Below, in pieces: positions 1-8,515 of a stretch of 28,806 bases of DNA. Position numbers and translations under genes: made by a program. Source of the DNA: Nitrososphaerales archaeon (GTDB taxonomy: Archaea; Thermoproteota; Nitrososphaeria; Nitrososphaerales; Gagatemarchaeaceae); the NCBI GenBank assembly GCA_035625575.1, contig DASPPF010000087.1, positions 1 through 28,806 of the forward strand. Reading direction: 5' to 3'. Every line of letters begins with the position of its first letter. Position 1 is the stretch's first letter. The notes under the pieces are model-generated. The model was not told the DNA's origin. It saw nothing but the letters and a program-made list of their open reading frames with translations, and ran no database searches.

Positions 1-366
1 ACCCTGGGTTCCATGGGTTTCTTCTACGGCGTCTTCAACAGGATGGGCTTCTTCCTCTACAGGACCCCCAAGTCCGGGTCGGGAGAGAGCTCCAGAAGGA
101 GGTACTTCCACACCCTGACTAACGACAGGAACGCGATCGTGGAGGGTGTGCTAGCGGTGTCCGGAATCATACTCGCCCTGCTGATCTACCTGCACGGCGT
201 CTGGTTCCTCTCGCTCTCGCTGCTGGCCTTCGGCGCCTTCACCCTGAAGTCGATGAATCTGACGCGCAGTCAGCGGTCCCGGGCCATCGCTTCCGACGCC
301 GTAGGGGCCCCGGACTCCTACTCCCTCTTGGGCGTGGCCCAGGGCATGCGGGCTCGCGTGAGATAG
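1..366 (+). CDS. C-terminal end of a membrane protein truncated by the window edge, possibly a cellulose-synthase-like GT2 glycosyltransferase
   Basis: Frame is open from base 1 (TLGSMGFF...). The F-x-x-R-T-P-K motif is followed by two hydrophobic helices, resembling the C-terminus of membrane GT2 enzymes. The catalytic part is not in the window. Confidence 0.4.
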   Translation, partial: TLGSMGFFYGVFNRMGFFLYRTPKSGSGESSRRRYFHTLTNDRNAIVEGVLAVSGIILALLIYLHGVWFLSLSLLAFGAFTLKSMNLTRSQRSRAIASDAVGAPDSYSLLGVAQGMRARVR

Positions 367-429
367 CAGAGGAGTTCATCCCGACAGACTGGGCCACTCA
401 ATCGAACGCCCAGGATGCCGCAGCGATGC

Positions 430-837
430 TCAGACCAGAACCAGGAGGTGGGTGAAGAGATACCACGGCACGACGAAGTAGACCCACTCGTGGTGGAGGA
501 GCGCCCCTCTCATCTCCCCGCTCGACAGTGCGTCCAGTGTCAGGTCTATGACCAGGCACGTGCCGACCAGGAGGACCGTGACTTCGGCGCTCGGCCAGAA
601 AGAGTACCACAAGACGCGTATGTAGTGCAGGCTGACCAGGGCCGCAAGCGCCAGGTAGGACGCCGGGATCAGAACCAACAGGACGTTCCTGTGATGCAGA
701 CGGTAGCCGCGCACGTAGAAGGGCTTCGCTATCCCCTTTCTGTAGAGGAAGTCTCCCGCCTTGTTGAGGACGGTCGTAAAAGAAAGAACTACGACGAACC
801 CGGCGGCGAGAAGGAACTCCAGCACCTGAGCTGTCAA
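430..837 (-). CDS. Hypothetical membrane protein (135 aa, about 4 TM, two His-His motifs)
   Basis: TTG start with an AT-rich box about 30 nt upstream. Alternating hydrophobic segments, with RLHH and LLHHEW motifs. Confidence 0.75.
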   Translation of the reverse strand: MTAQVLEFLLAAGFVVVLSFTTVLNKAGDFLYRKGIAKPFYVRGYRLHHRNVLLVLIPASYLALAALVSLHYIRVLWYSFWPSAEVTVLLVGTCLVIDLTLDALSSGEMRGALLHHEWVYFVVPWYLFTHLLVLV

Positions 838-1050
838 GTTGGTGACAGCAGGAAGACCCTGGAGGATATTTTAGGATATGTCAACAACGCTCGACCATTC
901 CCGCCCTGTGCGTGCACTGCCTCGGGCGTGCAGATACTGAAAGAACCCGAGAGGCGGTGTTACATCGCTCCTGGAAACGGCCTCAACACGCTCTTCGTAC
1001 GATTGGGCACATGGGCGCGGGAGCCGAGGCGGACCGTTAGGGGCAACCCG

Positions 1051-1056
1051 TTTAAA
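1051..1056 (+). promoter_or_regulatory. TATA box of the CBS-domain gene
   Basis: TTTAAA in GC-rich context, 24 nt upstream of the ATG at 1080 (leaderless-type spacing). Confidence 0.6.
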
Positions 1057-1079
1057 CGAACCCGAGCCGACCAAGTGGT

Positions 1080-1646
1080 ATGGTCCTCGACGTTCCCTCA
1101 GGGAGCATCGCGAGGCCCATCATCACGATAGACGAGAACGCCAGCGTCCTCGAGGCTTCCAAATCGATCGTGAGCAACAACAGAGGCAGCATCGTGGTCA
1201 CGAGGAAGGGAGACAGCGTCGGAATCCTGACTGAGAGGGACATAATGAAGCGGGTCGTGGCCAAATCCCTCAATCCAGCCACCACCAAAGTGAAGGAAGT
1301 GATGACGTCTTCTCCCCTCACCATAGAGAAGGACAGGCCGCTTCGCGAGGCGATTGACCTGATGAACAGGAGGGGCATGAGGAGGATGCTCGTCACCGAG
1401 AAAGGAAGGATCGTTGGCGTCTTCACCCTCAGAGACATCGTGAGGCACACGAGGATGTGCCTGTACTGCGGCAAGCAGATCAGGTCAATACTGGATGCGA
1501 CTGGACCCGAGGCCTACGTCGAGTGCGATTGCGGCTCGAGGTACCACAAGAAGTGCTCGGAGATAGTTGTGAACTGCGTCGACTGCTCGAGGACCCTGGT
1601 GGCGAACGTGCTCTACCCGGAGCCGTCAGAGACCTTCAGCGGCTGA
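1080..1646 (+). CDS. CBS-pair (Bateman) protein with C-terminal C4HC3 zinc finger
   Basis: Two CBS repeats (VGILTERDI, VMTSSPLTI, IVGVFTLRDI), followed by C127-x2-C130-x18-C149-x-C151-x4-H156-x2-C159-x6-C166-x2-C169. Confidence 0.85.
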   Translation: MVLDVPSGSIARPIITIDENASVLEASKSIVSNNRGSIVVTRKGDSVGILTERDIMKRVVAKSLNPATTKVKEVMTSSPLTIEKDRPLREAIDLMNRRGMRRMLVTEKGRIVGVFTLRDIVRHTRMCLYCGKQIRSILDATGPEAYVECDCGSRYHKKCSEIVVNCVDCSRTLVANVLYPEPSETFSG

Positions 1647-1737
1647 GCGACCCGAACATCGGATTCCCTCAACCGAGTCTCGCCGGTCGTGTGCGCCTTC
1701 AGGAGCAGCGACCTTAGCCCGGGTTTGTGTCTGCGAG

Positions 1738-2064
1738 CTACAGGGGTTTGCTGCTCGAGGCGGTGACCAGCCTGACACCTATCACGGCGATTATCAGCAC
1801 GAGGACAACACCAAGGGTGTAGGCGGGCGGAAGCACCACGAAGGTCGAAAGGCCAGCCATGATCAGGCCCCACCCGGCATAGTAGAGCTTGTCCCTGCGT
1901 TCGGCTTCTATGGCCCCGTAGACCAGTATCCAGAGCCCGTTGAGGAGGAGCAGCAGGGCCGCGAGCCACGCATAGTTCACGAGTCCGAACAGGAAGACGA
2001 CCAAGGACACGAGGGTCGCGAGTATGATGCCTATCCCGAAGCTGGGTTTCAAATTGCCTACCAA
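1738..2064 (-). CDS. Hypothetical small membrane protein (108 aa, 4 TM)
   Basis: TTG start, TTTAAA at 2087-2092 upstream, almost entirely hydrophobic helices. Confidence 0.75.
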   Translation of the reverse strand: MVGNLKPSFGIGIILATLVSLVVFLFGLVNYAWLAALLLLLNGLWILVYGAIEAERRDKLYYAGWGLIMAGLSTFVVLPPAYTLGVVLVLIIAVIGVRLVTASSSKPL

Positions 2065-2112
2065 ACCCGCGACGCGGATTCCATCCTTTAAAGATTGAAC
2101 CGCCGAAACCGA

Positions 2113-3240
2113 CTAGAGCCTGAGGTGGAGCAACGCCGCCGCCAGCCTTCCGACGGCGGTTACGACGTAGAGATAGGCCAGGGACAACCAGAGCGACATG
2201 CCGGCGCTCATGATCATGAGCAGGTACCCGCTCGAGAGCGAGCCAGCCATGGTCGCCGCCCCGGTTATGAGGTTGAACTCAGCGATGTACCTCCCCCTCC
2301 TTCCGACGGGCGCCAGGTCGTAGAGGTATGCGGAGTAGGCGACGTTGAGCAGGGAATTGGTGAAACCGGAGAACACGTTGATCGCGTAGATTTCCCAGGC
2401 GTGCGTGAAGAAGGCATAACAGATCGGGTACACCACCAGGCCGAGCCTGCCGAGGAATACGCTCCGCATCCTGTTCCTGTCGACCATTCTCCCGACGAGG
2501 GCCTGGAATGCGATTGTCGCAGCCACCGCGATGAACTGAGAGAACGCATACTCGACCAGGCTCATGTTGACGATCTTGACGGTGGTGATCGTGAAGAGCG
2601 GCCATCCGAAACCCCAGAAGAGGCCGTAGGCCGCTGTGACGCCGTAGTACCTCATCATCATGTCGCTGCCGTAGCGCGACATGGGTTGTTTTTCGACAGG
2701 AATCTCCTGCTGTCCTCGCAGGAAGATTGACGACCCGACGAACGCGATTCCAGAGATGAGGAACAGGATTGTGTACGAGGGCGTGATGAACGTGATGACG
2801 GTGGTCAGGACGAGTGCGACCAGCGAGCCCCAGCTTGCGATGCGGGCGAAGACCGAGAGGAAGCTCCCCCGTCCCTCCCGCGTCGTAGCTTCTCCGAGGA
2901 AGGAGTTCCAGCCCGCGAGATAGAATCCAAGCCCGATGGTGATTGCGGTGTACGAGATGGCGAGGGCGTTCGCGCCTTGGAAGACCGCCGCCTCGAGCCA
3001 GATGAGACCAATGACGATGCTCATCACGAGCGCCAGCCTCAGCCTCCGCCCGAACCTATCGACCAGCCTCCCGCCCACCACCTGCGCGAAGCCCGAAGCG
3101 AGCGAGTTGATTGATTGGACGTATCCAATGAGAATGTCGCTTCCTCCAGACACCGTTACGTTGAACGCGACGAAGGGGCCCGAGATGTTGTTGGCGAACG
3201 AGTTCAGGAGCGCGTGGAGCTTGAGGCGAAGCTGGTCCAT
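2113..3240 (-). CDS. MFS transporter
   Basis: About 12 hydrophobic segments. MFS motif A appears in both halves (GRLVDRFGRR, GRMVDRNRMR). Confidence 0.9.
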   Translation of the reverse strand: MDQLRLKLHALLNSFANNISGPFVAFNVTVSGGSDILIGYVQSINSLASGFAQVVGGRLVDRFGRRLRLALVMSIVIGLIWLEAAVFQGANALAISYTAITIGLGFYLAGWNSFLGEATTREGRGSFLSVFARIASWGSLVALVLTTVITFITPSYTILFLISGIAFVGSSIFLRGQQEIPVEKQPMSRYGSDMMMRYYGVTAAYGLFWGFGWPLFTITTVKIVNMSLVEYAFSQFIAVAATIAFQALVGRMVDRNRMRSVFLGRLGLVVYPICYAFFTHAWEIYAINVFSGFTNSLLNVAYSAYLYDLAPVGRRGRYIAEFNLITGAATMAGSLSSGYLLMIMSAGMSLWLSLAYLYVVTAVGRLAAALLHLRL

Positions 3241-3384
3241 GTCTGTGCTCGACCCCGCTCCGAAGGGAACGGGATAATCGTTTTGAAAGAACGTCTAGAC
3301 ACTTACAGATTCGGCGCCGCCGCGTGGTCGTTCGCCCTGTGATAGCGGACTCTTTATCTCCTGCCCGCATGCTAAATCACTCGG

Positions 3385-4470
3385 TTGAATGACAAGACCC
3401 TGGCTTTTCTCAAACAATCGTACAAGGGGTACTACTTCCGGAAGGCCGATTCCATAGGGTTCCCAGACGAGATCCGGTCTCGCGAGTTCGGCTACATCCC
3501 GTTTGGGGGAGGCATGGTCAGGCACCTCTCGTTCAAGAGCGCCGGAGACGCCACGGCGGAGATTCTCAGGCAGTCGCCCTCCTCCGTTTACTGCTCCAAC
3601 GCCAGGTACGAGTCCCCCACGCTGCCCATGGAGTCGAAGGGCTGGCTGGGGGCCGAGCTCATCTTCGACATCGACGCCACCGACATACCGACCCCCTGCA
3701 AGAAGAGCCACGACTTCTGGTACTGCGAGAAGTGCCACGCCAGCGGAAGGCTGCCGAAACCTCCAGCCTGCCCGAAGTGCAAGGGACAGACCGCCGACTT
3801 CCACGGGACCTGCAGCGTCTGCCTTGCCGCCTCCAAGGAACACACCCTCCGCGTCGTCGACTTCCTCCTCAAGGACTTCGGCGTCTCGAGCAAGGATGTC
3901 TCCGCATATTTCTCAGGGAACAGGGGATACCACCTTCAGGTCTACGACGCCCGGTTCGAGCAGCTCGACCAGCAGGGCAGGGCTGAGATTGCGGACTACG
4001 TCATGGGCGGCTCCCTTCCGCCAAGCGTGTCGCTAGCCGCCACCTTGAGGCGAAGGCCCGGCGGTTCGCCCGCCGAAGCTTACGGCTGGATGAGGCGGAT
4101 ATGGACCTACACCCAGCCGAGGTCGGGCAGCGCGGGTACTCCTCCGAAACTCGTCACCGAGGCCATCTCCCTCCAGCGCGCCATGATCGACGCTTCCGTG
4201 ACAACCGACATACACCGCGTGTTCAGGCTGGCGGGCACTCTTCACGGCAACACGGGGATGGCGAAGATGCGCGTGGGTTCCTTCTCGACCTTCGACCCGG
4301 AGAGGGACCCGGTCGTCATAAGCGCGGAGAAGACCAGCGTCCAAGTCAGCCTCTATCCGAAGTTCACGATGAAGGGAGAAACCTTCGGACCGTTCAAGTC
4401 CGAGGTCGTTTCCCTGCCTGCGTACGCCGCGGTTCCCATATTAACCCGGGGCTTCGGGGATGTCTTGTAG
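3385..4470 (+). CDS. priS: DNA primase small (catalytic) subunit
   Basis: REFGY, ELIFDIDATD (catalytic DxD), FSGNRGYHL, ID..VTTDIHRVFRLAGTLHGNTG. TTG start. Confidence 0.97.
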   Translation: MNDKTLAFLKQSYKGYYFRKADSIGFPDEIRSREFGYIPFGGGMVRHLSFKSAGDATAEILRQSPSSVYCSNARYESPTLPMESKGWLGAELIFDIDATDIPTPCKKSHDFWYCEKCHASGRLPKPPACPKCKGQTADFHGTCSVCLAASKEHTLRVVDFLLKDFGVSSKDVSAYFSGNRGYHLQVYDARFEQLDQQGRAEIADYVMGGSLPPSVSLAATLRRRPGGSPAEAYGWMRRIWTYTQPRSGSAGTPPKLVTEAISLQRAMIDASVTTDIHRVFRLAGTLHGNTGMAKMRVGSFSTFDPERDPVVISAEKTSVQVSLYPKFTMKGETFGPFKSEVVSLPAYAAVPILTRGFGDVL

Positions 4471-5028
4471 TTGGCAGAGCCCACCCTCGAATCTCTGAAG
4501 AAGTGCCTCGACTCAGAGGAGCAGTCGGATAAGCTGCTCCAGTTGCCAGACGACTTCTACGTGACCGTCGCCTCCTACGCGCAGCTTCTGAAGCGCACGT
4601 CCAGTTCTTCCAGCTCCGAGCTGGCCAACAGGCTCATCGCCAAGCAACTGGATCTCCTGGCGTCGATGGTACGAGACCTCGTGAAGGTCAGAATGAGAAA
4701 GGCCTCGTCGCAGGGGGCTGTTTCGCAGCTGCTGCCGGAGGAGCGATACGTCTGCTCGATGGAGAGGACCTATGCCCGCAACCTCGACTCCTTCACGGAG
4801 GCGGTGGCCTCGGGGCAGCCCTCCACGGTCGAGCTCCAGAGGAAGAGTGAGCTGGCCAGGAGCACGACCGTCAGGTTCCTCAAGCACGTGGACGAGCTGG
4901 TGGGCCTCGACCTCAGAAAGTACGGACCTTACGAGCCGGAAGACCTTGCCCTGATACCGGCAGCGAACGCGGACCTGCTAGTGGCGGGCGGCGAAGCGGT
5001 TGAAGTGATTCCCCGGGCCAAGCCCTAG
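4471..5028 (+). CDS. gins51: GINS complex subunit Gins51 (Gins15)
   Basis: Helical N-terminal A domain (E...L.QLPDDFY, R.RK, LLPEE) and C-terminal B domain (VRFLKHVDELVGLDLRKYGPYEPED). Directly abuts priS, the usual archaeal position. Confidence 0.88.
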   Translation: MAEPTLESLKKCLDSEEQSDKLLQLPDDFYVTVASYAQLLKRTSSSSSSELANRLIAKQLDLLASMVRDLVKVRMRKASSQGAVSQLLPEERYVCSMERTYARNLDSFTEAVASGQPSTVELQRKSELARSTTVRFLKHVDELVGLDLRKYGPYEPEDLALIPAANADLLVAGGEAVEVIPRAKP

Positions 5029-5369
5029 GAATAGCTTCGCCATGTATGGTTGCATTTTACGCAGCGATAGAACTGCGTGGGCGGCTCATCTCCGCTCCTG
5101 GTCTGCAGGAACCACCACATCGCCTCGTTGTGGCCGCACTTCGGGCACTCGATCTTGGTGGTGGGGAGAGTGCTGAGCTTGCTTTCCTTGTCCCCGACCA
5201 CCTTGATCGGGGCCACGCTCGCGAGTTCCTCCTCTGTCGCCTGGGTGACGCTCCTGCCGGCCTTGTTGCTGTATCCGCAGTTGTCGCACAGGTAGGTGAT
5301 CGAGACTTCCTTGCCGCCCTTGACCTGCTTCAGCTTGAGCCTTGTGCCGCACTTTGGACAGAACTTCAG
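5025..5369 (-). CDS. tfs: Transcription factor S (TFS/RpoM family)
   Basis: Extending the 63-aa ORF upstream in frame gives (M)KFCPKCG...CDNCG (N-terminal Zn ribbon) and CPKCGH...QTRSGDEP...FYRCVKC (acidic DE hairpin intact). The CTG start overlaps the rpoL TGA (CTGA). Confidence 0.93.
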   Translation of the reverse strand: MKFCPKCGTRLKLKQVKGGKEVSITYLCDNCGYSNKAGRSVTQATEEELASVAPIKVVGDKESKLSTLPTTKIECPKCGHNEAMWWFLQTRSGDEPPTQFYRCVKCNHTWRSYS

Positions 5370-5653
5370 CCCGACCCACCGCCGAGGGCCTTCTGGACGC
5401 TCACGTAGAGCTCGTGTGTAGTCTCAGCCGCGCGTTGGGCGCTGTTCACGAAAGCCTTGTCCGGCTTTATCCGCTGCGCTCTGACCTTGAGCACGAGTTT
5501 CTTGATCAGGGGATGGGGCGGCAGCACGCCGGCGAAGGTGACGCTCTTCTCCTCCAGCAGCTCGTGGTGCACAATCTCAGCTAGCGAGTAATCCTCACCA
5601 GATATCTCCACAGTGAGACCTTTCTCTTCGTCGGTGGTCGTCTGGAGCTGCAA
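5366..5653 (-). CDS. rpoL: RNA polymerase subunit Rpo11 (L)
   Basis: EISGEDYSLAEIVHHELL...FAGVLPPHPL matches the GE.HTL...Y...HPL pattern of Rpo11. TTG start chosen at 5653 (95 aa); the longer ORF overlaps csl4. Confidence 0.9.
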   Translation of the reverse strand: MQLQTTTDEEKGLTVEISGEDYSLAEIVHHELLEEKSVTFAGVLPPHPLIKKLVLKVRAQRIKPDKAFVNSAQRAAETTHELYVSVQKALGGGSG

Positions 5654-5700
5654 GTTCCTTAGACCGCCCTTTGTGTCGTGTTGATAAGTCTTGTCCGTTT

Positions 5701-6267
5701 TCAGGGTTGGATTGGCATCTGGCCGAAGTCGCGCGCGAGTTTCCTCTCCTCCACGTTCCCGCACTCGACGCACTTGGCCCTGTTGCCTCCCCTCTGGAGG
5801 GGCCTCCCGCAGTTGCCGCAGAGCGCGAAGACCACGCCCGTATCACCGTCGTCCATCGAAAGGTGGACTATTCCGTTCATCAGGCTGTAGACCCTGCACC
5901 GCACCACGTCGCCCAGCTTGGCCGGAGGGCCCCCTCTTCCGCCCCTCTCCCGCCTCCCCGAGCGGAGCATCAGCATTCCGCTGAAGCCCTTGTCTGTCTG
6001 TCTGCCGTTGACGTAGTAGACTGCCACGCTGGCGTTGCTCGTGGCGGCCGATTCCACCTGTCCAGTGACGTAATCGCCGACCTTGAGCAGGTTCGCCTGT
6101 GCCGAGGGGACCACCGAGATCTCCCTCTTCTTGAGGTCCTTCAGGACCGTCCCCACGGAGAGCGCTCTCAGCGACCCCGAATCGTCGTAGACGTTCGGCC
6201 CGGGCAGGTACTCCTCGGACACGGCCAGCTTGTCGCCGGGCAGCACTGTCTTCTTCTCATCCGCCAT
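5701..6267 (-). CDS. csl4: Exosome complex component Csl4
   Basis: VLPGDKLAVSEEYLPG N-terminus, S1 domain (KVGDYVTGQV, GDVVRCRV), C-terminal Zn ribbon (CGNCG...CVECG..EERKLA). Confidence 0.93.
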   Translation of the reverse strand: MADEKKTVLPGDKLAVSEEYLPGPNVYDDSGSLRALSVGTVLKDLKKREISVVPSAQANLLKVGDYVTGQVESAATSNASVAVYYVNGRQTDKGFSGMLMLRSGRRERGGRGGPPAKLGDVVRCRVYSLMNGIVHLSMDDGDTGVVFALCGNCGRPLQRGGNRAKCVECGNVEERKLARDFGQMPIQP

Positions 6268-7303
6268 GTTGATTCCTCCTTGTCAGTCCCACGGTGAGCT
6301 CTATCCACTTGGGCCTCTGAAGGAACTCCCCTATTTCCCTTCCCTCCATGAGGGCGACCAGGGCGTCGGCTTGGGGAATCGAAAGCACCGGTCTGTCGAA
6401 GTTGAAACCGTCGATTGAGATCCTGGGGCACGCCGTCTGGACGAACGCCTCGATCTCCCTGTGGGGCGCAAGCCGCTCGGGGGTGATGTCTCTGAGCGCC
6501 AGCTGGACGACCCTCCGTCCGTTCATCTCCAGTCTCTTCGATATCCACCGGCTCCGGCCCAGCATCTTCTGTCCCTCTTTCAGCCCCGTTATGACTCCGA
6601 AGACCCTGGCGTCCAGCGCCCTGTACACAGCGAGGACGGCCCGCTTCCTCCTTTCCTCCGCAGGCTTCGCCATGTCGGTCACCTCATCCGTGTAGGGGTC
6701 GAGCATGAAGGTCGGTTTGCCGGTGGCGAGCGCCAGGCCGACCGCGTGGAACTCGCTCTCGCCCAGGAAGCAGAAGGCGTCCACCGAGCCTCTCAGCGGA
6801 TACACCGTCGAGAAGTCGCAGCCGAACACCTGGCTCGCCATGAGGAGGTTGTTCTCCCTGCCCGTCTGGACCTCGAAGCCCTGCGATTGTAGCATCGCCT
6901 TCGCCGGGGCCAGCTCGTGCATGTGCTGGCTGAAGGTGACCAGGCCCAGCCTGCGATACTGGCGGAGCCCTTCCACCGCCTTCGCCAGCACGCCGTCGAA
7001 CTTGACGTCGTCCGACGCGTCGATGAGGTAGGTGAAGTCGCCGACCGTCTGCACGGTCGCGTTGTGCCCGATATGGAAAGCCAGGTCCGCCTGCAGCCTG
7101 GGGACGTCCTCGTCAACGGTGTCGCAGATTCCGAAGCAGCTGTCGCCCGCGAGCACGCACGTCACTCCATACCTCTCCCGAATCCTCTCCATCAGCTCCT
7201 TGGTCTGCCTCAGCAGTCCCCCGGGCGCGTTGACGAGCACCGCACGGGGGCGTTTCTCCTCTATGATTCTGAATACCTTGTCCTCGTCTATCCTGACTGT
7301 CAT
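6257..7303 (-). CDS. dph2: 2-(3-amino-3-carboxypropyl)histidine synthase (diphthamide biosynthesis)
   Basis: Three Fe-S cysteines in context (SCFGICD, QVFGCD, QTACPRISID) and GHN. The ATG at 7303 overlaps the rpl10e stop (ATGA). Confidence 0.93.
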   Translation of the reverse strand: MTVRIDEDKVFRIIEEKRPRAVLVNAPGGLLRQTKELMERIRERYGVTCVLAGDSCFGICDTVDEDVPRLQADLAFHIGHNATVQTVGDFTYLIDASDDVKFDGVLAKAVEGLRQYRRLGLVTFSQHMHELAPAKAMLQSQGFEVQTGRENNLLMASQVFGCDFSTVYPLRGSVDAFCFLGESEFHAVGLALATGKPTFMLDPYTDEVTDMAKPAEERRKRAVLAVYRALDARVFGVITGLKEGQKMLGRSRWISKRLEMNGRRVVQLALRDITPERLAPHREIEAFVQTACPRISIDGFNFDRPVLSIPQADALVALMEGREIGEFLQRPKWIELTVGLTRRNQHGG

Positions 7304-7809
7304 TGGGCGACTGGCTTCTCGAGCTTGATGACTTCGACCCTGGTCTTCATCGGCAGCTTCGTCGACGCGGCCCACATTCCATGCTTGGCCTTCTCCAGGT
7401 TCTCAGCCTTCACGCTCATCTCAAGAATGGAGTTCCCGATCTCCACCCTCGCAGCGAGGCCGATGGGCTTCCCGAACGCCTTCCTCATGCCCTCCTGCAA
7501 CCTGTCTGCTCCGGCTGTCGCGATCATCTTGTTCTCGCGCAGTATTATGTGAGGGTAGACGACCACCTTCAGGAAGTAGTTCTCTTCGCCCGCGAGGGCC
7601 AGTGCCTTGTTGCAAGCGACCCTGGCTGCCTCCAGGGCGTTGTGCCTGATTTGCACTCTTCCAAGCGAGACGAGCCTGACCATGTAGTCGTAGTCGGTCC
7701 TGCTCTTGCCGGTGGTGAAACGGGCCACCTTCGGGTTGGGCGCACCGGGGGCGAACTTCTTGCTGGTGTACGCCATTCCCTTGACCTCCCTGTAGTTCTT
7801 CCCGTGCAT
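7300..7809 (-). CDS. rpl10e: 50S ribosomal protein uL16 (L10e)
   Basis: QIRHNALEAARV, YPHIILRENKMIATAGADRLQEGMRKAFGKP. Confidence 0.98.
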   Translation of the reverse strand: MHGKNYREVKGMAYTSKKFAPGAPNPKVARFTTGKSRTDYDYMVRLVSLGRVQIRHNALEAARVACNKALALAGEENYFLKVVVYPHIILRENKMIATAGADRLQEGMRKAFGKPIGLAARVEIGNSILEMSVKAENLEKAKHGMWAASTKLPMKTRVEVIKLEKPVAQ

Positions 7810-7847
7810 CTTGCTCAGCCCGAGAGAACCGCGCCCTCCGACACTCC

Positions 7848-7854
7848 TAATTAA
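7848..7854 (-). promoter_or_regulatory. Probable TATA box of the rpl10e-dph2-csl4-rpoL-tfs operon
   Basis: TTAATTA on the minus strand, about 39 nt upstream of the rpl10e ATG. Confidence 0.5.
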
Positions 7855-8006
7855 CCTTCACCGCAGAAATCTCACTTATCCAGCGACTCGATGACGGTGG
7901 TCCGTTTGCCCAGACGCGAAAGGAAGGGGCCGGGACCAAAGAACCGAGTCTCGAAAAGGGGGCCGTAACGTTCGGCTGCCCCCCCCGACGCCGAAGCCGC
8001 CCGCGC

Positions 8007-8462
8007 ATGCCCGAGAGCTGTGGAGTGAAGCGCTCTTCGAAAGGGATGGTGTCCTGGTCTGAGGTGGCCAAGCGCCTCGCCACCGCACGCAACTATTGGG
8101 TCGTAACCTCGAGAATGGGCGGCGGGGCGCACGCATCTCCGGTGTGGGGTCTGTGGCTCGACGGACGCTTCTGGTTCTCGACCGACCCAACTTCGGTCAA
8201 GGGGCGAGACATCGCCACCAACCCAAGAATCGCTATCCACCTGGAGAGCGGCGACGAGGCCGTGATAGTGGGAGGCACCGCCGAAAGGTTGGCGCCGGAC
8301 CACCCCGCTCTCTCGAGATTCGTCGAGCTGTACGAGGAGAAGTATGGCTTCCATCCGGACGTCAGCAGGCCCTCATTCGGAATCTACAGAGCAGAGCCAA
8401 GAGCAGCCTACGCTTAGTTCGAGAAGAACTTCGCGGAGAGCGCCACCCGCTGGTTCCTCTGA
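8007..8462 (+). pseudogene. Pyridoxamine 5'-phosphate oxidase-like (split-barrel) protein interrupted by an in-frame TAG at 8415-8417
   Basis: W...RL..ARNYWVVT..H.SPVWGLWLDGRFWFST...K.R.I..NPR..IHLESGDEAVIV.G.AE. After the TAG the frame continues FEKNFAESATRWFL-TGA, resembling the family C-terminus as I recall it (AW.E..F...ATRW). Confidence 0.7.
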
Positions 8463-8515
8463 TTCTCCCGCTCGCATTCTTAATTAGGCGAGGTGCAGAA
8501 ATCAATCGGACGCCG

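Noticed and set aside
8415-8417. Genome-wide amber recoding (pyrrolysine or alternative code)
   Set aside because: Several full-length core genes end at TAG and no pyl genes are in the window; a single TGG>TAG change is simpler.
8096-8515. 140-aa N-terminal extension of the methyltransferase ORF
   Set aside because: Overlaps the PNPOx-like gene in another frame; a TATA box at about 8480 supports the TTG at 8516.
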